A stretch of DNA of 63,987 bases, counting the filler, from Conidiobolus incongruus B7586 (lineage: Eukaryota), in assembly GCA_000697335.1 (NCBI GenBank). It is 6 parts of 6 records of this genome, joined end to end, with 100 filler letters (N's around TTAATTAATTAA, not from the genome) between each part and the next. Parts side by side here need not be neighbours in the genome. Positions count along the whole stretch, not along the records: positions 45,129 to 53,872 come from JNEM01000132.1; positions 53,973 to 63,987 come from JNEM01000133.1; 4 more parts are not named here. One strand, given 5' to 3'. This document shows, in pieces, positions 48,101-60,483 of the stretch. A program made the position numbers and the translations under genes. The notes under the pieces were generated by a model, which made no database searches, was not told where the DNA came from, and worked only from the letters and a program-made list of their open reading frames with translations. The stretch's first letter is position 1, and every line of letters starts with the position of its first letter.

Positions 48101-49445
48101 TAACGATTATTTTAATTAAATTATGAAATCATAGTAAATTTTAATTTTCAATTAAAATATCACAATTCATAATAAAATATAATATAAAAAATTTTTAATG
48201 AATTTAAAATTTAAAACAAATGATTGTAATATTTGTTTATTAATTAGATAAGATTAACTATATTCAGAATATTTAAATAAATATATTTTTTTCAAATTCT
48301 AGATTGTTAAATTTTTTACTAAAATTCTTAGAATTTGAAATTATTGCAGGGTTATAGTTTGAGGTTGTACATAAGTTTTAAATAAGTGAGCTTGGTAATA
48401 ATCAAAATGTATCGTTTTTTATATCTATTAATCTTTTTTATTTATAATACTAGAACAATGCTTATGAATTGGTCTTAAATATTCAATATCATTGACATCG
48501 GAATATTAGAGATAAAAATTTGAATCATAGTCTTTTCCAGGATAATTTCTTAAAATATGAAGTGAACAAATATCAATTTGAATTGATTACTTATTGAACT
48601 TGAAGAGATAAAATCAAAATATATTTACTAAAGTTTGTTGCTATTAATCATAAAAGACTGTAAATCATTTAAAAACTACAACAAATATAAACAATTAACT
48701 CTCAAATCCTGCATATAATTCATTTTGAATTAATTTTACTCACTGCGAAATTTAGGTCAAACTGAGAAATAAATTACTATGCAAGAAATTAATATAAACA
48801 TCAATCATTTTCCCGCTATAAAATAATAATAACATCAAAATATTTTGAAAACTCGGATAGTTAATTATCATATAAATAAATGTTAACTCGAAGTCATAAT
48901 TTGAATTTCATCAAAAATTGATGTTTTTAATTTAATTAGTCATGACTTTTATGATCATATGTCAAAATTTCAACGATTAATCAATATCTAATTTAGTAAA
49001 ATTTAAAAACATTTAAATCTATATATATATATATATATTAAAATATGATTATAATATCAAATAAGGTAAAAATTACAATCATATGATAATTTTATATTCA
49101 CCGTTTATAATTAATTATAGTAAATGGAAAGTTTATGACTTAATTCTTTAATTGTTTTAATTAATTATTAAGTTATTTTCAAAAAAAGATACGAAGATCC
49201 GTTCTGATCCGAATTAGACTAGATAAATTGAATGGATTTGCTGGTAAAGACACTGATCACATACACTTGGAAAAAGGAGCACTCTTTATCATCTCATGAA
49301 ATTGATCCTATGCACAAATAGAATCCCCTAAATTCTTGAATAGAATAAGATTAAGTAATTTATCCTATCTCTATATTATTTACTCAGTTCCCTTAATCTT
49401 TTTCAATGACTTTAGATTGATTAATTACTAATTTGTTAATTAAGA

Positions 49446-49726
49446 GATAAGGAAAAGCCTCAACATTGGTTGGTAAGGTTAGTCATCTTGACAAGTTATT
49501 AATTAATCCAATTTCCTTATTACAAGCATAATGCACAATATATCATTGTGCTATTTAGCATGATAACATTTTAGGATTGATGCAAGGAATTAGCCTATTA
49601 AACCTTCAAAAAACAATTTGCAAATTCAAAATCACACGTGAAATGCAAAACTTTGCCATATTATTGGGTTGACAAGGGGATCTTATCTGTGCACTTGCCA
49701 AAATTAGCTTATCAAAAGAAGATAAG
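49446..49726. promoter_or_regulatory. Cluster of GATAAG sites (AreA/Gln3-type nitrogen regulation) plus a CACGTG box upstream of the ammonium transporter
   Basis: GATAAG at 49446-49451 and 49721-49726; CTTATC at 49682-49687 and 49708-49713; CACGTG at 49635-49640. Three of the GATAAG sites fall within 45 bp. Confidence 0.65.
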
Positions 49727-49982
49727 AATAAATTCCTAAGGTTTAAGTTGATTTAATTCATGTATCAGCCCTAAGCTTTTGTGCTATTGGAAAAATCCAA
49801 TTTGTGTATGAAATAACAACAGTTTATATTCCGCATCTAATAAATATTCCTTTTACAATTTGCTCAATATAAAAACCACTTTGTTTCTATCAATTTCAAT
49901 TCAAGTTTTTGATATATCATTTTTATAGCAGTTTGCTGAGTGCTTAATTTTGCAAATTTCATTTCAATCATTTTAAATCAAA

Positions 49983-51293
49983 ATGGCTGGTGAATTCAAT
50001 CATGGCGATGCTGCTTGGATTTTGACGAGTACAGCTCTCGTCTTCTTAATGATCCCTGGGCTTGGTTATTTCTACAGCGGAATGGCTCAATCAAAAAATG
50101 CCTTATCTCTTATTACTATTTGTTGTGTTTCAATTGCAATCGTTGCAATCGAATGGTTCTTAGTAGGATATAGTTTCACTTTTTCTACCCATGGCGGTCC
50201 TTTCATCGGTACTTTTCATAACGCTGCTCTTGTTGGCCTCAGTGGCGAGCCAAGTGTTGGCTCTACCGCTATTGCTGACTACCTCCATATGTTGTATCAA
50301 TTCACATTTGCTGCTATTACACCTGCATTGGCTGTAGGTGCTGCTGCTGAACGTGGTAGACTCTTGCCCTCTATGGTCTTTGTTCTCTTATGGAGTTTGG
50401 TTGTATATAACTTTGTTGCTTACTGGACTTGGAATCCCAATGGCTGGGGCACCAAGTTGGGCGTTCTAGATTATGCCGGTGGTACTCCAGTTCATATTAC
50501 TTCTGGTTTTGCAGCTTTAATCTATTCTATTAAGCTTGGTGTAAGAAATGGACATGGTATTTCTGAGTTCAAACCCCACAATATGTCCAACGTCATGCTT
50601 GGTACTTCCTTACTTTGGTTTGGATGGTTCGGCTTTAATGGTGGCTCTGCTCTTGCTGCCAATACTCGCGCTGCCTACTCTGTTATTTCAACTAACTTGG
50701 CTGCTTCTGCTGGTGGTTTGACCTGGATGCTGATGGATTATATTTTGATAGAGAAAAAATACTCTGCTTTGGGCTTCTGCACTGGAGTTGTTGCAGGCCT
50801 TGTTGCAATCACCCCTGCTGCAGGTTATATCGAAGCTTGGGCTAGTTTATTATTAGGTATTGCTGGTGCCATTGTCTGTAACTTTGCAGTTCGCTTCAAA
50901 CAATGGATGCACTATGACGATGCCTTGGATGTTTTTGCAGTCCATGGAGTTGGTGGTATTGTTGGTTCTCTTTTGACAGGTGTCTTTGCTAGTGCTAAAG
51001 TCGCCGCCTTAGATCCTGAACTTAAGATTGCTGGAGGTTGGATTGATGGTAACTGGATGCAGATACTCTATCAATTGGCTGACGTGTGCGCAGCTGGGGC
51101 TTGGTCCTCAGTCATGACCTTTATTATTCTGACCATCATGGACTTTGTCCCAGGGCTCAAAATTCGAGTTAATGACCATAAAGAGAACCTTGGGTTGGAT
51201 TTAGCCGAGTTAGGTATGGAGGCTTATCCACCTGTATTGCATGTTGGATCAGGATCCAATTCATCTCAAAATGATGAAAAAATAGTCGTTTAA
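49983..51293 (+). CDS. Amt/Mep ammonium transporter, 436 aa, intronless, twin-His type
   Basis: GDAAWILTSTALVFLMIPGLGYFYSG, YQFTFAAIT, GAAAER, LDYAGGTPVH, LWFGWFGFNGGS, AGLVAITP and DDALDVFAVHGVGG. Confidence 0.97.
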   Translation: MAGEFNHGDAAWILTSTALVFLMIPGLGYFYSGMAQSKNALSLITICCVSIAIVAIEWFLVGYSFTFSTHGGPFIGTFHNAALVGLSGEPSVGSTAIADYLHMLYQFTFAAITPALAVGAAAERGRLLPSMVFVLLWSLVVYNFVAYWTWNPNGWGTKLGVLDYAGGTPVHITSGFAALIYSIKLGVRNGHGISEFKPHNMSNVMLGTSLLWFGWFGFNGGSALAANTRAAYSVISTNLAASAGGLTWMLMDYILIEKKYSALGFCTGVVAGLVAITPAAGYIEAWASLLLGIAGAIVCNFAVRFKQWMHYDDALDVFAVHGVGGIVGSLLTGVFASAKVAALDPELKIAGGWIDGNWMQILYQLADVCAAGAWSSVMTFIILTIMDFVPGLKIRVNDHKENLGLDLAELGMEAYPPVLHVGSGSNSSQNDEKIVV

Positions 51294-53872
51294 TTGGATA
51301 ATTAATCAATTTCAATATCATGTAATTTATTTAATCAATTTGAATAATTTACAATCTTAATTGTATATTATTATTAAATCATTTTAATACTTATCTTTCC
51401 CATAATAAAATTTTTAAAAATAATTACTGTTCATTTTTATTATAATAAAATAAATATTCATATTTGTAAATTATTAGAAAAATTTAACTACTCTTATTAT
51501 AAACTTCAATACCTGAAAATACAAGTTGAATAGATGTTTTCAGATTACTTTTTTATACAACTAATTTTCAAATGAAATGAATTGATCACAAAATCCTCAA
51601 GTATGGTTCCCTGCGAATAATGATTTAATCTTAAAAATTTACTAATTTGAGTTAAAAATATCTCCTAACAATTATCATATTACATATATAATTCAACTGG
51701 GTTAGATGTCCAAGATTAGATATACAGTTTGATTAATTTGTTATGTATCTGATATATTTTTTATTTTGAAGCAAATAATAATTTTACAGTTTTTACTATT
51801 TATAATGGGTAGTAAAATACCCATGATTTGCATGTAGCAAATATTTTAATTTGCCATACTGCTACAAAGGTTTTTCACTTTCAGTTAATTTGTGCAGTAT
51901 GTATTGATCTTGATGAATATTGATAAAATAAATTATATTATTACATTTAATTTAAAATATGACTGAATTTTTATTATTAATGATAAGTCATACGAAATAC
52001 ATTAAAACCCGATATATAGTCGAAATTTTTACAATAAAAATTATATTCAGTAAAGTGATTAATAATTCTATTTTAATATATACACAATTCATAGATGAAA
52101 TTTTAAAAATTTACAATATGATATAACCAATACTTTGTATTATAATGTAAATATTATGATAATTAATATCCCAAATATTTATCAATAATATATTTAAGTA
52201 AATTTATGTTTGTACACTAATAATCATTTAATAGCTGGTAAAAATTCTTAAACTGATTTTGACACAAATACACTTTAATTTTTCTTAAAATCTAGTAAAT
52301 ATTATATTTGAACACTTTCAGTTAAATAAATAACTTATATATAATAAATAAACAAACATTACTCAATAGTAAAAATATTCGTTAATATCAAATTTTACAT
52401 ATTGAGGCAATAGAGTTATTTAATGTGATTAGGATGAAATTGGAATTGTTTTCATTTTATTTTTATATTTGATAGTTTATAGATGAGTTTAAATATAAAA
52501 TATATTGTATAAAATGAAATCATAAGATTTCTTATAAACCTATGTTAATATTTCTGTCATTATGATGAATTTTTGTTAAATATTTTATTGAGTTAAAGAA
52601 ATTGTAAGGTTCAAAGTTGAAAATTAACAATAATTATTAAAAAATTCAATATCTTAATATATCATTGTCTAACTGATTGTTTATGACTGTTTGAAAATTT
52701 GGTTAGTAATAAAAATATCAATTTAATATATGATAATGAACTTTATAAACAACTTTGAATTTAAACTTTATTATACGTTTAATTATTAGCGATGACAATA
52801 CCATAATTATAATATCATGGTTTCTTTTTACCATTCTGTATTTTCAGTACTATATAAATTTATCATTATCCATTCCAAACATCAATAGTAATGTTTACTC
52901 AAACATCATAAAATTTTCTAATTTGAATCAATATTTTTATATTAGACATCAATTCATTAACCTTTTATGAATCTTATACTCAAATTATCATTAAAAAGTT
53001 CCTTTTTAGCTGATATTATTAACATCGTTATAAAAAGCTTAATTAATCATAGTTATGTCATTTATTCTTAAATTTGAAACCAAAGTATTTCATCATATTA
53101 TTTGAAATATAAGCAATTCGTACCAATTTAGAAACAAGTTTTTAAAATGAAAGTAATGTTAACAATACTTATATATTGAATAAGAGTTTTATCAAATCAT
53201 AATGACAGGAATATAAATTCTAATATTATGATAACCAATTTGCACTTCACAAAAGTTCAATTCAAAATACATCACAAATTTTTATTATATTTATGGATAT
53301 TCAGTAAATTATTATAATTAGCTATAAATTCTATGATTTTATTATTTACTTTAATATTGATTCCTTATATTAAGATGAATTAATTAATTTTTATCAATAA
53401 ATACTAATAAAGAATGTCAAACTGAATTCAATGGTTAATATTATTTCCAATCATAATTTTATTAATATTAGAAATAGTAGACAAAATTAATTTTTCAAGA
53501 AATTCATTAAACATTGATAAATCAAGTTAATAATATTAAATACTTATTATATATTTTGATAATATTAATACACAAACTAAATAATACAAAAATATCAATT
53601 ATTAAAATTAAATAAAGATATTAATATTTGAATTATAAAAAATTATTGAACAATATAAAATTAACATTGGTTTTTATTATTAATAACCCTTTGTTATAAT
53701 TTTAATAAATTTTTAACATATCAAAAACAATTCTTTATTAAAGATTGAAATTTAATCTTTTATAAACCAATTAATTTTTTAATAACTTAAAGCAATGATA
53801 ATTATATAGGTTATAATATATTTAATATAATGAATATGGTAGTTTGTTCTAATTAATAATAATTAAAAATTT

Positions 53873-53972
53873 NNNNNNNNNNNNNNNNNNNNNNNNNNNN
53901 NNNNNNNNNNNNNNNNTTAATTAATTAANNNNNNNNNNNNNNNNNNNNNNNNNNNNNNNNNNNNNNNNNNNN
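53873..53972. other. Assembly gap spacer
   Basis: 44 N + TTAATTAATTAA + 44 N. Confidence 0.97.
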
Positions 53973-56900
53973 TATATTAATATTTTAATTAATTAAAAAA
54001 CTTTTTGTTAAGAAAATTTTAATTAATATTTAAATATTTATTTTCAATTTTTAATAATGGAATTATATTTTAAATATTAAAAATTTATGAAAAAATTATT
54101 AAAAAGTTATTAATAATTTAAAAAAATAAATTTATAATATATATTTACTCTTTTATTTTTATTATTATAATATTAATTATTTTTGATCATAATAATCCTT
54201 ATTATTAAAATTATATACTATTAAAATATAGTATAATGATAAGTATTAGTTTATAAACAAAATACCTATTTTTTATAAATAATAATAAGTATAATTTTAA
54301 TTTAATTTGGAATTTTGTTTTTTTTAAATATTATATAAAAAAAGTCTAAAATTTGATTATTATAATAATATAATATAATATAAAACCTTGAATTTTTAGT
54401 TTTATCTTAATAAGTTTTATTTAATTATAGTTATTTTTATTTTTTACTCTTTTTTAAGTTATAAATTACCTATTTAATATATTTATCAAATTAATAAATT
54501 CAAAACTTAAATATATATATAAAATCAATATTAAAATATCTTAATAATCTTTTAACTAAATTAAATAATATCTTTTCAATATATATCCTTATTTATTAAT
54601 AATTGAAAATTTTAAATATTGTCCTTTTAACCTTTGAAAATGAACTTTCTAATAATAAGTAATAATATTTGATAAATTATTATCTTAAAAAATTGCTTAT
54701 AAATTTTAAATTATTTTAATAAATCTATTATTAAATTTTAATAATATTAGAATAAAAGCCTTTGGATAATCAAAATCTGGCTTAAATATGATTAAATTTA
54801 ATACTATACTCTTTTATTAATATTTTATGATAAAAAAATCATTATATATAAGTATATATAAAATTTAGAGTTTTATATTCTTTTTGTATTTTATATGTAT
54901 TTTGAAAAAAATTTAATAATATATTTAAAAAATCAAAAAATAAATAATTATTCAATATTTTTTCCCAAATTGATATTATTTTTCATTATAATAAATTATA
55001 ATATTTTTATATATATAATTTTAAAAAATCAAATTATATATTTATATATAATTTCATAATAAAGCAAAAAAACTAAAATTATACTATTGTTTAAGAATTA
55101 TTAATAAAATAATATTTATGAAAATACAAAAAAATATATATAATATATATCTATATTCTAAAAAGTTTAACAAATTTTAGCCAATTATTACTAAAAGTTA
55201 ACTATTAAAATTCAAAAAAATATATAATTATAATATCATGGCTCTCTATTATTTGTCGAAGGATATCTCAATAATAACTATTGACCGCTTTTTGATTTTT
55301 TGTTTCCTAAAAGTTGAATAAAATTTATTTGTTTGAATTACGCTGCTCAATTAAAAAAGAGATAATATTTATTCCTCAAAGATTCATCCATTAAATAAAG
55401 GTGGAAATGAGATACTAATTCATTGTTGTCAGCCATAAAGCTGTATAAACATTTATTAAGTCAATCATTTTGAATCTATTCATCCTTATAACCAAGTATA
55501 TATGACCCATTATAGTTATTTTGGAGAAAGTCAAAGGTTAATTCTGAAAATCCTAAGCAAAAGTGGTAATATTTTCTATTTTCTATTAATCATATTCAAC
55601 CCTGATATTCCAATAATCGATATATATTGTTATCTATCCTATTGAATTGGTTATTGAATCCATTTCGGAAACTGAATTCATGTAATATAAGCCCTTATTG
55701 ATCTTAGACATCATTTTCGCAAAAATCATAATCATAGATCATATTAAAGGATATATCTTTATTAATAATATTGATCCATTCTGCTCAAATATACATAATT
55801 TCACTAATTTTGTTGCCTAGTAATAATTTTTTATACTTATGAGCTTCTGAACTGTTGACATACTACACAATTCAATCCATTGGAACCCAGTAGCTTTTAC
55901 CAAAGCACAGTCTTTAAGATTTTCATTCAAATATCCATCCAGATGCTTTAATTTGAAATATTTTAATCAGTTGACCCGAATATGATCAAAGGATTAATAT
56001 CTTCAACACCATCTCTCATCGCATTATATTGATCTCTATTCTTTTGATAATATATTTCATTATTTATTTGGTATTTTGATATTCTAATTTCGAACATTAA
56101 GAAAAGTGTTCATCTTATACAGTTAAAATTTTCTTAGTCACTTTAAAAGCTTTCAACGTCTCAAAAATAAAAATAACACTTGACCCTCACCATACTAAAT
56201 CATTTTGATCAAGATTTCTAATTATGTTTAGTATTAGAAATTCTTTTCTTCCATTAATACCAATACGAGATCAAATAATTTTCCCAAATTGGCTCAATAT
56301 TTGATCCTATTATGAATTAAAATGAAATGGATTTTATACAATATGTTCAAATATTCGAATCTGAGAATCTTATCAAATTTGAAATTTGAAAAGAAAATCA
56401 AACAAATTGAATTTAAACAATAATTATAATATAACCTCTGATCGAAATTATATGTCCAAGTTTAAGAAGTTTGAAACAAAGTCGAGTAAACATATTTGAA
56501 AAAAGTAGATATAATATTTATTCTTAATTGATCAGCATAACATAATAATTTCTTTGAATATAATCCGAGTGCAAATTATTTAGATCACTAGAGTTCAAAT
56601 CATAAAAAGAATATCAGGATCTTTCAAATTATGCAAAATTCTATTTCAATATTTAATTAATGTAATAAAATATAAAATTTTTAATATATTTCAACTATAA
56701 ACTATAATAATGGATGTGGTAAAATAACTATTTTTCATTTTTATTTAAGGTTGATATATTGAAATATTATAATAATACCTTAGTTCACTTATTATTGGTG
56801 CTTTGGAATTTATATTCAAAATAAAATATTATTCAATGGTTTAAAAGTAAAATAGTATTTGATCGATTTATATTGTTTTGATGCAATTCAATAATTGAAA

Positions 56901-57406
56901 TCATCTTTGTTTCAACTAACAAATAATTACATATATTAAAAAGAGTTTTGATTTTGAGAATTATCACATAAAACATATAATAATTTGACCATATAATTGC
57001 AGTATTCTATATTAAAAGTATCAACAAAAATTATTATCATATTTAATTCATTTAAGATCCAATGATTTTGTTTATTATTCACTTTATTCAAATTTACATC
57101 CAAAATTTGATCTAATCCAAATATAATCACAATTAGTCATAAAGTTATACTTTGAATTCAAAGCGCTCCAATTAATATAAATTTGAATGTAGAATTGATT
57201 ATGTCTGAAAATATATAGTTAAATCAAAATATTAAATTTGAATTCACTTGTCTTTTAGGACAATATTTGTGAATTAGTTACAATACAAAAGAGTAACAAA
57301 CTGAATGATTTATAAAAAATGATTTTTTGTTGATTTAGAGATAATTAATATATTAAAATTAATGCATAGATATAAAATATAATGAAAATTTTAAATAGGA
57401 TCCTAT

Positions 57407-60400
57407 TTAGCCTTGATTTTGGGCCATTTGAGCAGATTGTTTGGCCTTAAGCTTTTGCTTGACCTTGGATCTGGAACTGAAGCCTGATGCAACACTTGGA
57501 ACCGGACTTCTTACTTGTGAATTTTGAAGTGAAGCCATGAGGGTTGCCATTTGCTCCTGGAGCATGTGTAATTGCTTTTCAAGATTAGCAGAATTGTTGT
57601 ATTCTACGGGACTGGCAACAGTTTTATGAGACGAGTTAGCTGATGCTTCTTGAGAGAGAGGTGACGGGGCTGCTGGGATAGAGTCTTCCTTGGGGCGTGC
57701 AGGCTTCACTTGCACTGATCTGCGGGGGCGGATTGCCTTACTGCTGACGCGCTTGACAGGAAGTATGGGTTGAGCCATCTTCTTCAGCTCCTCTTCAGAG
57801 GTGTGTACAGCAGATTGAGGAAGTGTTGAAGTGTTTTCGGTATCCCAGTTGTACTGCTTTTCTTCTTGTGGGGGTTTATCATCGTCAGCAGACATTGCAT
57901 GGATTGATTGAATGAAACCGGCAGATGTCATTGATCCTGTGGAGGAGGTGACTGTTGCAATGGTTTCTGAGCGTTTCAGTGTCGTCTCGTGATTTGCTTG
58001 AGTCGTTGGTTGGATTGACAAATCAGCATTTGGAGGCTGGAATGTATTTGAGGTCAAAGGAGCACGGGCAGTTTGTGATGACGATGAATTGGCTGGCTTT
58101 TCTTCAACTACAGGAATAGAAGCTAAGTTGTTAGGGCTTGGGCCAAAAGTAGATGTGGAGGCGCGAGATGTACGAGAGTCACGACGAATTGCTTTCGATC
58201 TTGAGATACTAGTCTTGCGGAGAGGCTCATTAGCAATGACTGAATTATTCGAATGTATTTCTGAAGAAGAGGAGAGCGGAATACTATTTGGCTGTTTGGA
58301 GAGAGTAGTGGGAGCCGATGAAATTTGCATCATTTGCTGGTGGTGAGAAGTGTTGATTGAAGTAGGAGGTTCTTTCTTGTCATGAGTTCCATCTGATTCG
58401 GTATTATCAGTTGTTATTTCAGTTGTAGTAGGCTCTGGTACTACATAATACGCTTTACCGTTGATAACAATCTTTTCCATTTGGTTTTTTTGAGTTGGTT
58501 TGGTGCTTGGTGCAGCCTCAGGAATGGGTTCAGACACTGACATTGGAGCCTTGTGAATTTCAGACAAGTTGTCCACTTTCTCAGAGATTGAATAATCCCT
58601 AAGCCACTGGAAGGACTTGTCGCCCTCGAGCATATCCATCAAAGATGTCGTATCTGTAAGGGGCTGTGTATCGGGAAGAGGCTCAGATTTTACTCGTTCA
58701 ATAGGTTGCGCTACAACGGAGGCAGATGGAGTGAATGTTGGAGGAGGTTTTCTGCCTTGAATAGGTGTAGCTGAGCGGAAAGATACTGGCTCTTGCTTGA
58801 CTGAGGATGAGACTGGGGCTGGCTCTGGAGGGGCAACAGATACAGTTGGCTGTTTGGGTTGTCTCGATGTTTCATGTAAAGACTCAGATGAGTCCATCGA
58901 ATCTGGAGTTTCAGGTCGCACTGGCTCAGCAAAAGTAGTTTTGAGCACTCTTGGATTTGTAATCACATCAGGGGGCATTTCGAGAGGTGGAGTTGGAGGA
59001 GCTGAGTTGGGAATCAGGAAAGGAATAGGATCAATAAACGATGAAGGATGAGATATATATAAGGGTAAATCGACTTCGAAATTTTGGTTCAAACTTGAGG
59101 AAACCATAACCTTAATGAAATAAGAGATCTGGATAATTGATGTGTTCCTCAAAGAAAGACAGCCAATAGGAATATTCAATGCAACCATTACTAGTCGATC
59201 TTGCTTAGGCTCGAACTTATAATCTTCATCGTCAAAGATAGCTTCAGTAATCAGCTTTGGAGCAGCATCAGCACCAAGTTTATTGGGGCCAACGAGTAAA
59301 TCTGACTGAGCAGAGACTTTCTTCCACAATGAGAGTCTAATCCCTTGTACTTTCTTTGTGGACTGATTCTTGATTAAAACACGAATATATGCGAGACCTC
59401 CCGCAAACACTAAACCACGAACTAACTCAGCCCACATCTCCACATGATTAGATCCACCGAGAAAGAGTTTCTTTTTCACTTCATTTTGTACTCCCATTTC
59501 TCTATACTTGGAGATTTCTTCCGAATTCCATATCTCATAGATAGTGACTGGTTTGGAGAATGTGACATTATGTTTATAAATACCAATTTTTGCTGATACT
59601 AAACCCTCAACCTTGTATTCAATCTTACCCACACCTGTGGTGACCGAGTTGGGCAAAGTGTCTGCAAGCTTGAGAGCGAAGGGGAAGCTGGTCTTACCCT
59701 TGAGAGCAACCCAGTAACCTTCTAAATCGGGCTGTATGTTTTGGTCGACAGCCTCACAAAAGTGCTGTCTATCCTGAATAATAAGATTGGTCTTATAGAA
59801 AACTCTACTATTTCTCGATACTTTAACTTTTTCATTGGAATTAGGCGCCTGTTCAATTCTTAATTCTAATAAAATAATATTTGAGTCTATTGAATAATTA
59901 ATAAAATTTATTACTTACCTTCATAACCTGTGACTTCAAGTTGAATATCTCCGAGTTTGATAATATCGTTGGATATACAAGTAAGTTCAAGTCGACCCGT
60001 GAGTAAAGAGCCTGCGGTATATAAAGGCTGATCAAAATAGATAGCTACTTTAACTTTGGATTTCTTTAATGTTGGTAGCCCTAAAGAATGAGACTTTTTA
60101 TGTGTTTTAGAATTAACTGTGGTAGTTGAAGGCGGAGGTTGTGTACTATACACAGTAGAAGGCCTAGTCACCTGATTAGGAGTAGATTTTGGCTCATGAG
60201 GTAAAGCGGTAGGAGTAGGCTGCGGCGGATTATTCTGAGCAGGGGGAGCAGGGTGCGGTGCTGGAGCTGACGTGGAATGGTTTTGAAAGGTAGGAGGAGT
60301 ATAATTGAAACCCGCATGAGACCTGGTATATGAATTATTGCTGGTAGAAGGCGGCGGCTGAGACTGAAAAGACAGATTATTATCTAAATAAGGCGATTTA

Positions 60401-60483
60401 GATCTAGGAGGAGGGTCAATACTACTATTGAAAGAAGTATCGTTCCAATTATGTTTGGAAGAGCCCTTAGACTTTGAGAGCAT
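57407..60483 (-). CDS. Arrestin-domain protein with long disordered termini, 2 exons (60483-59919, 59865-57407), 1007 aa
   Basis: VAIYFDQPLYTAGSLLTGRLEL...IQLEVTGYE|E across a 53-nt GTAAGT...TTAG intron, then GKTSFPFALKLADTLPNS...GKIEYKV (arrestin N). V.IKNQSTKKVQGIRLSL and IIQISYFIKV...VDLPLYI form arrestin C, followed by a P/S/T-rich tail. This joins two ORF-track entries. Confidence 0.87.

Noticed and set aside
51398..51406. TCCCATAAT downstream of the Amt gene
   Set aside because: It matches only 9 of 11 positions and no gene follows that I can support. It is noted as a partial counter-example to the promoter motif.
52755..52970. Hydrophobic 71-aa ORF as a 7TM fragment
   Set aside because: TTG start and no diagnostic motif; hydrophobicity is explained by AT bias.
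35496..59051. Short ORFs nested in the SDR, phospholipase, trypsin and arrestin genes
   Set aside because: Shadow frames of real genes, mostly with non-ATG starts and no recognisable domains.
3808..60483. G-alpha, 7TM receptor and arrestin as a clustered signalling system
   Set aside because: They are 24-28 kb apart, separated by unrelated genes and several assembly spacers, and all belong to multi-member families.
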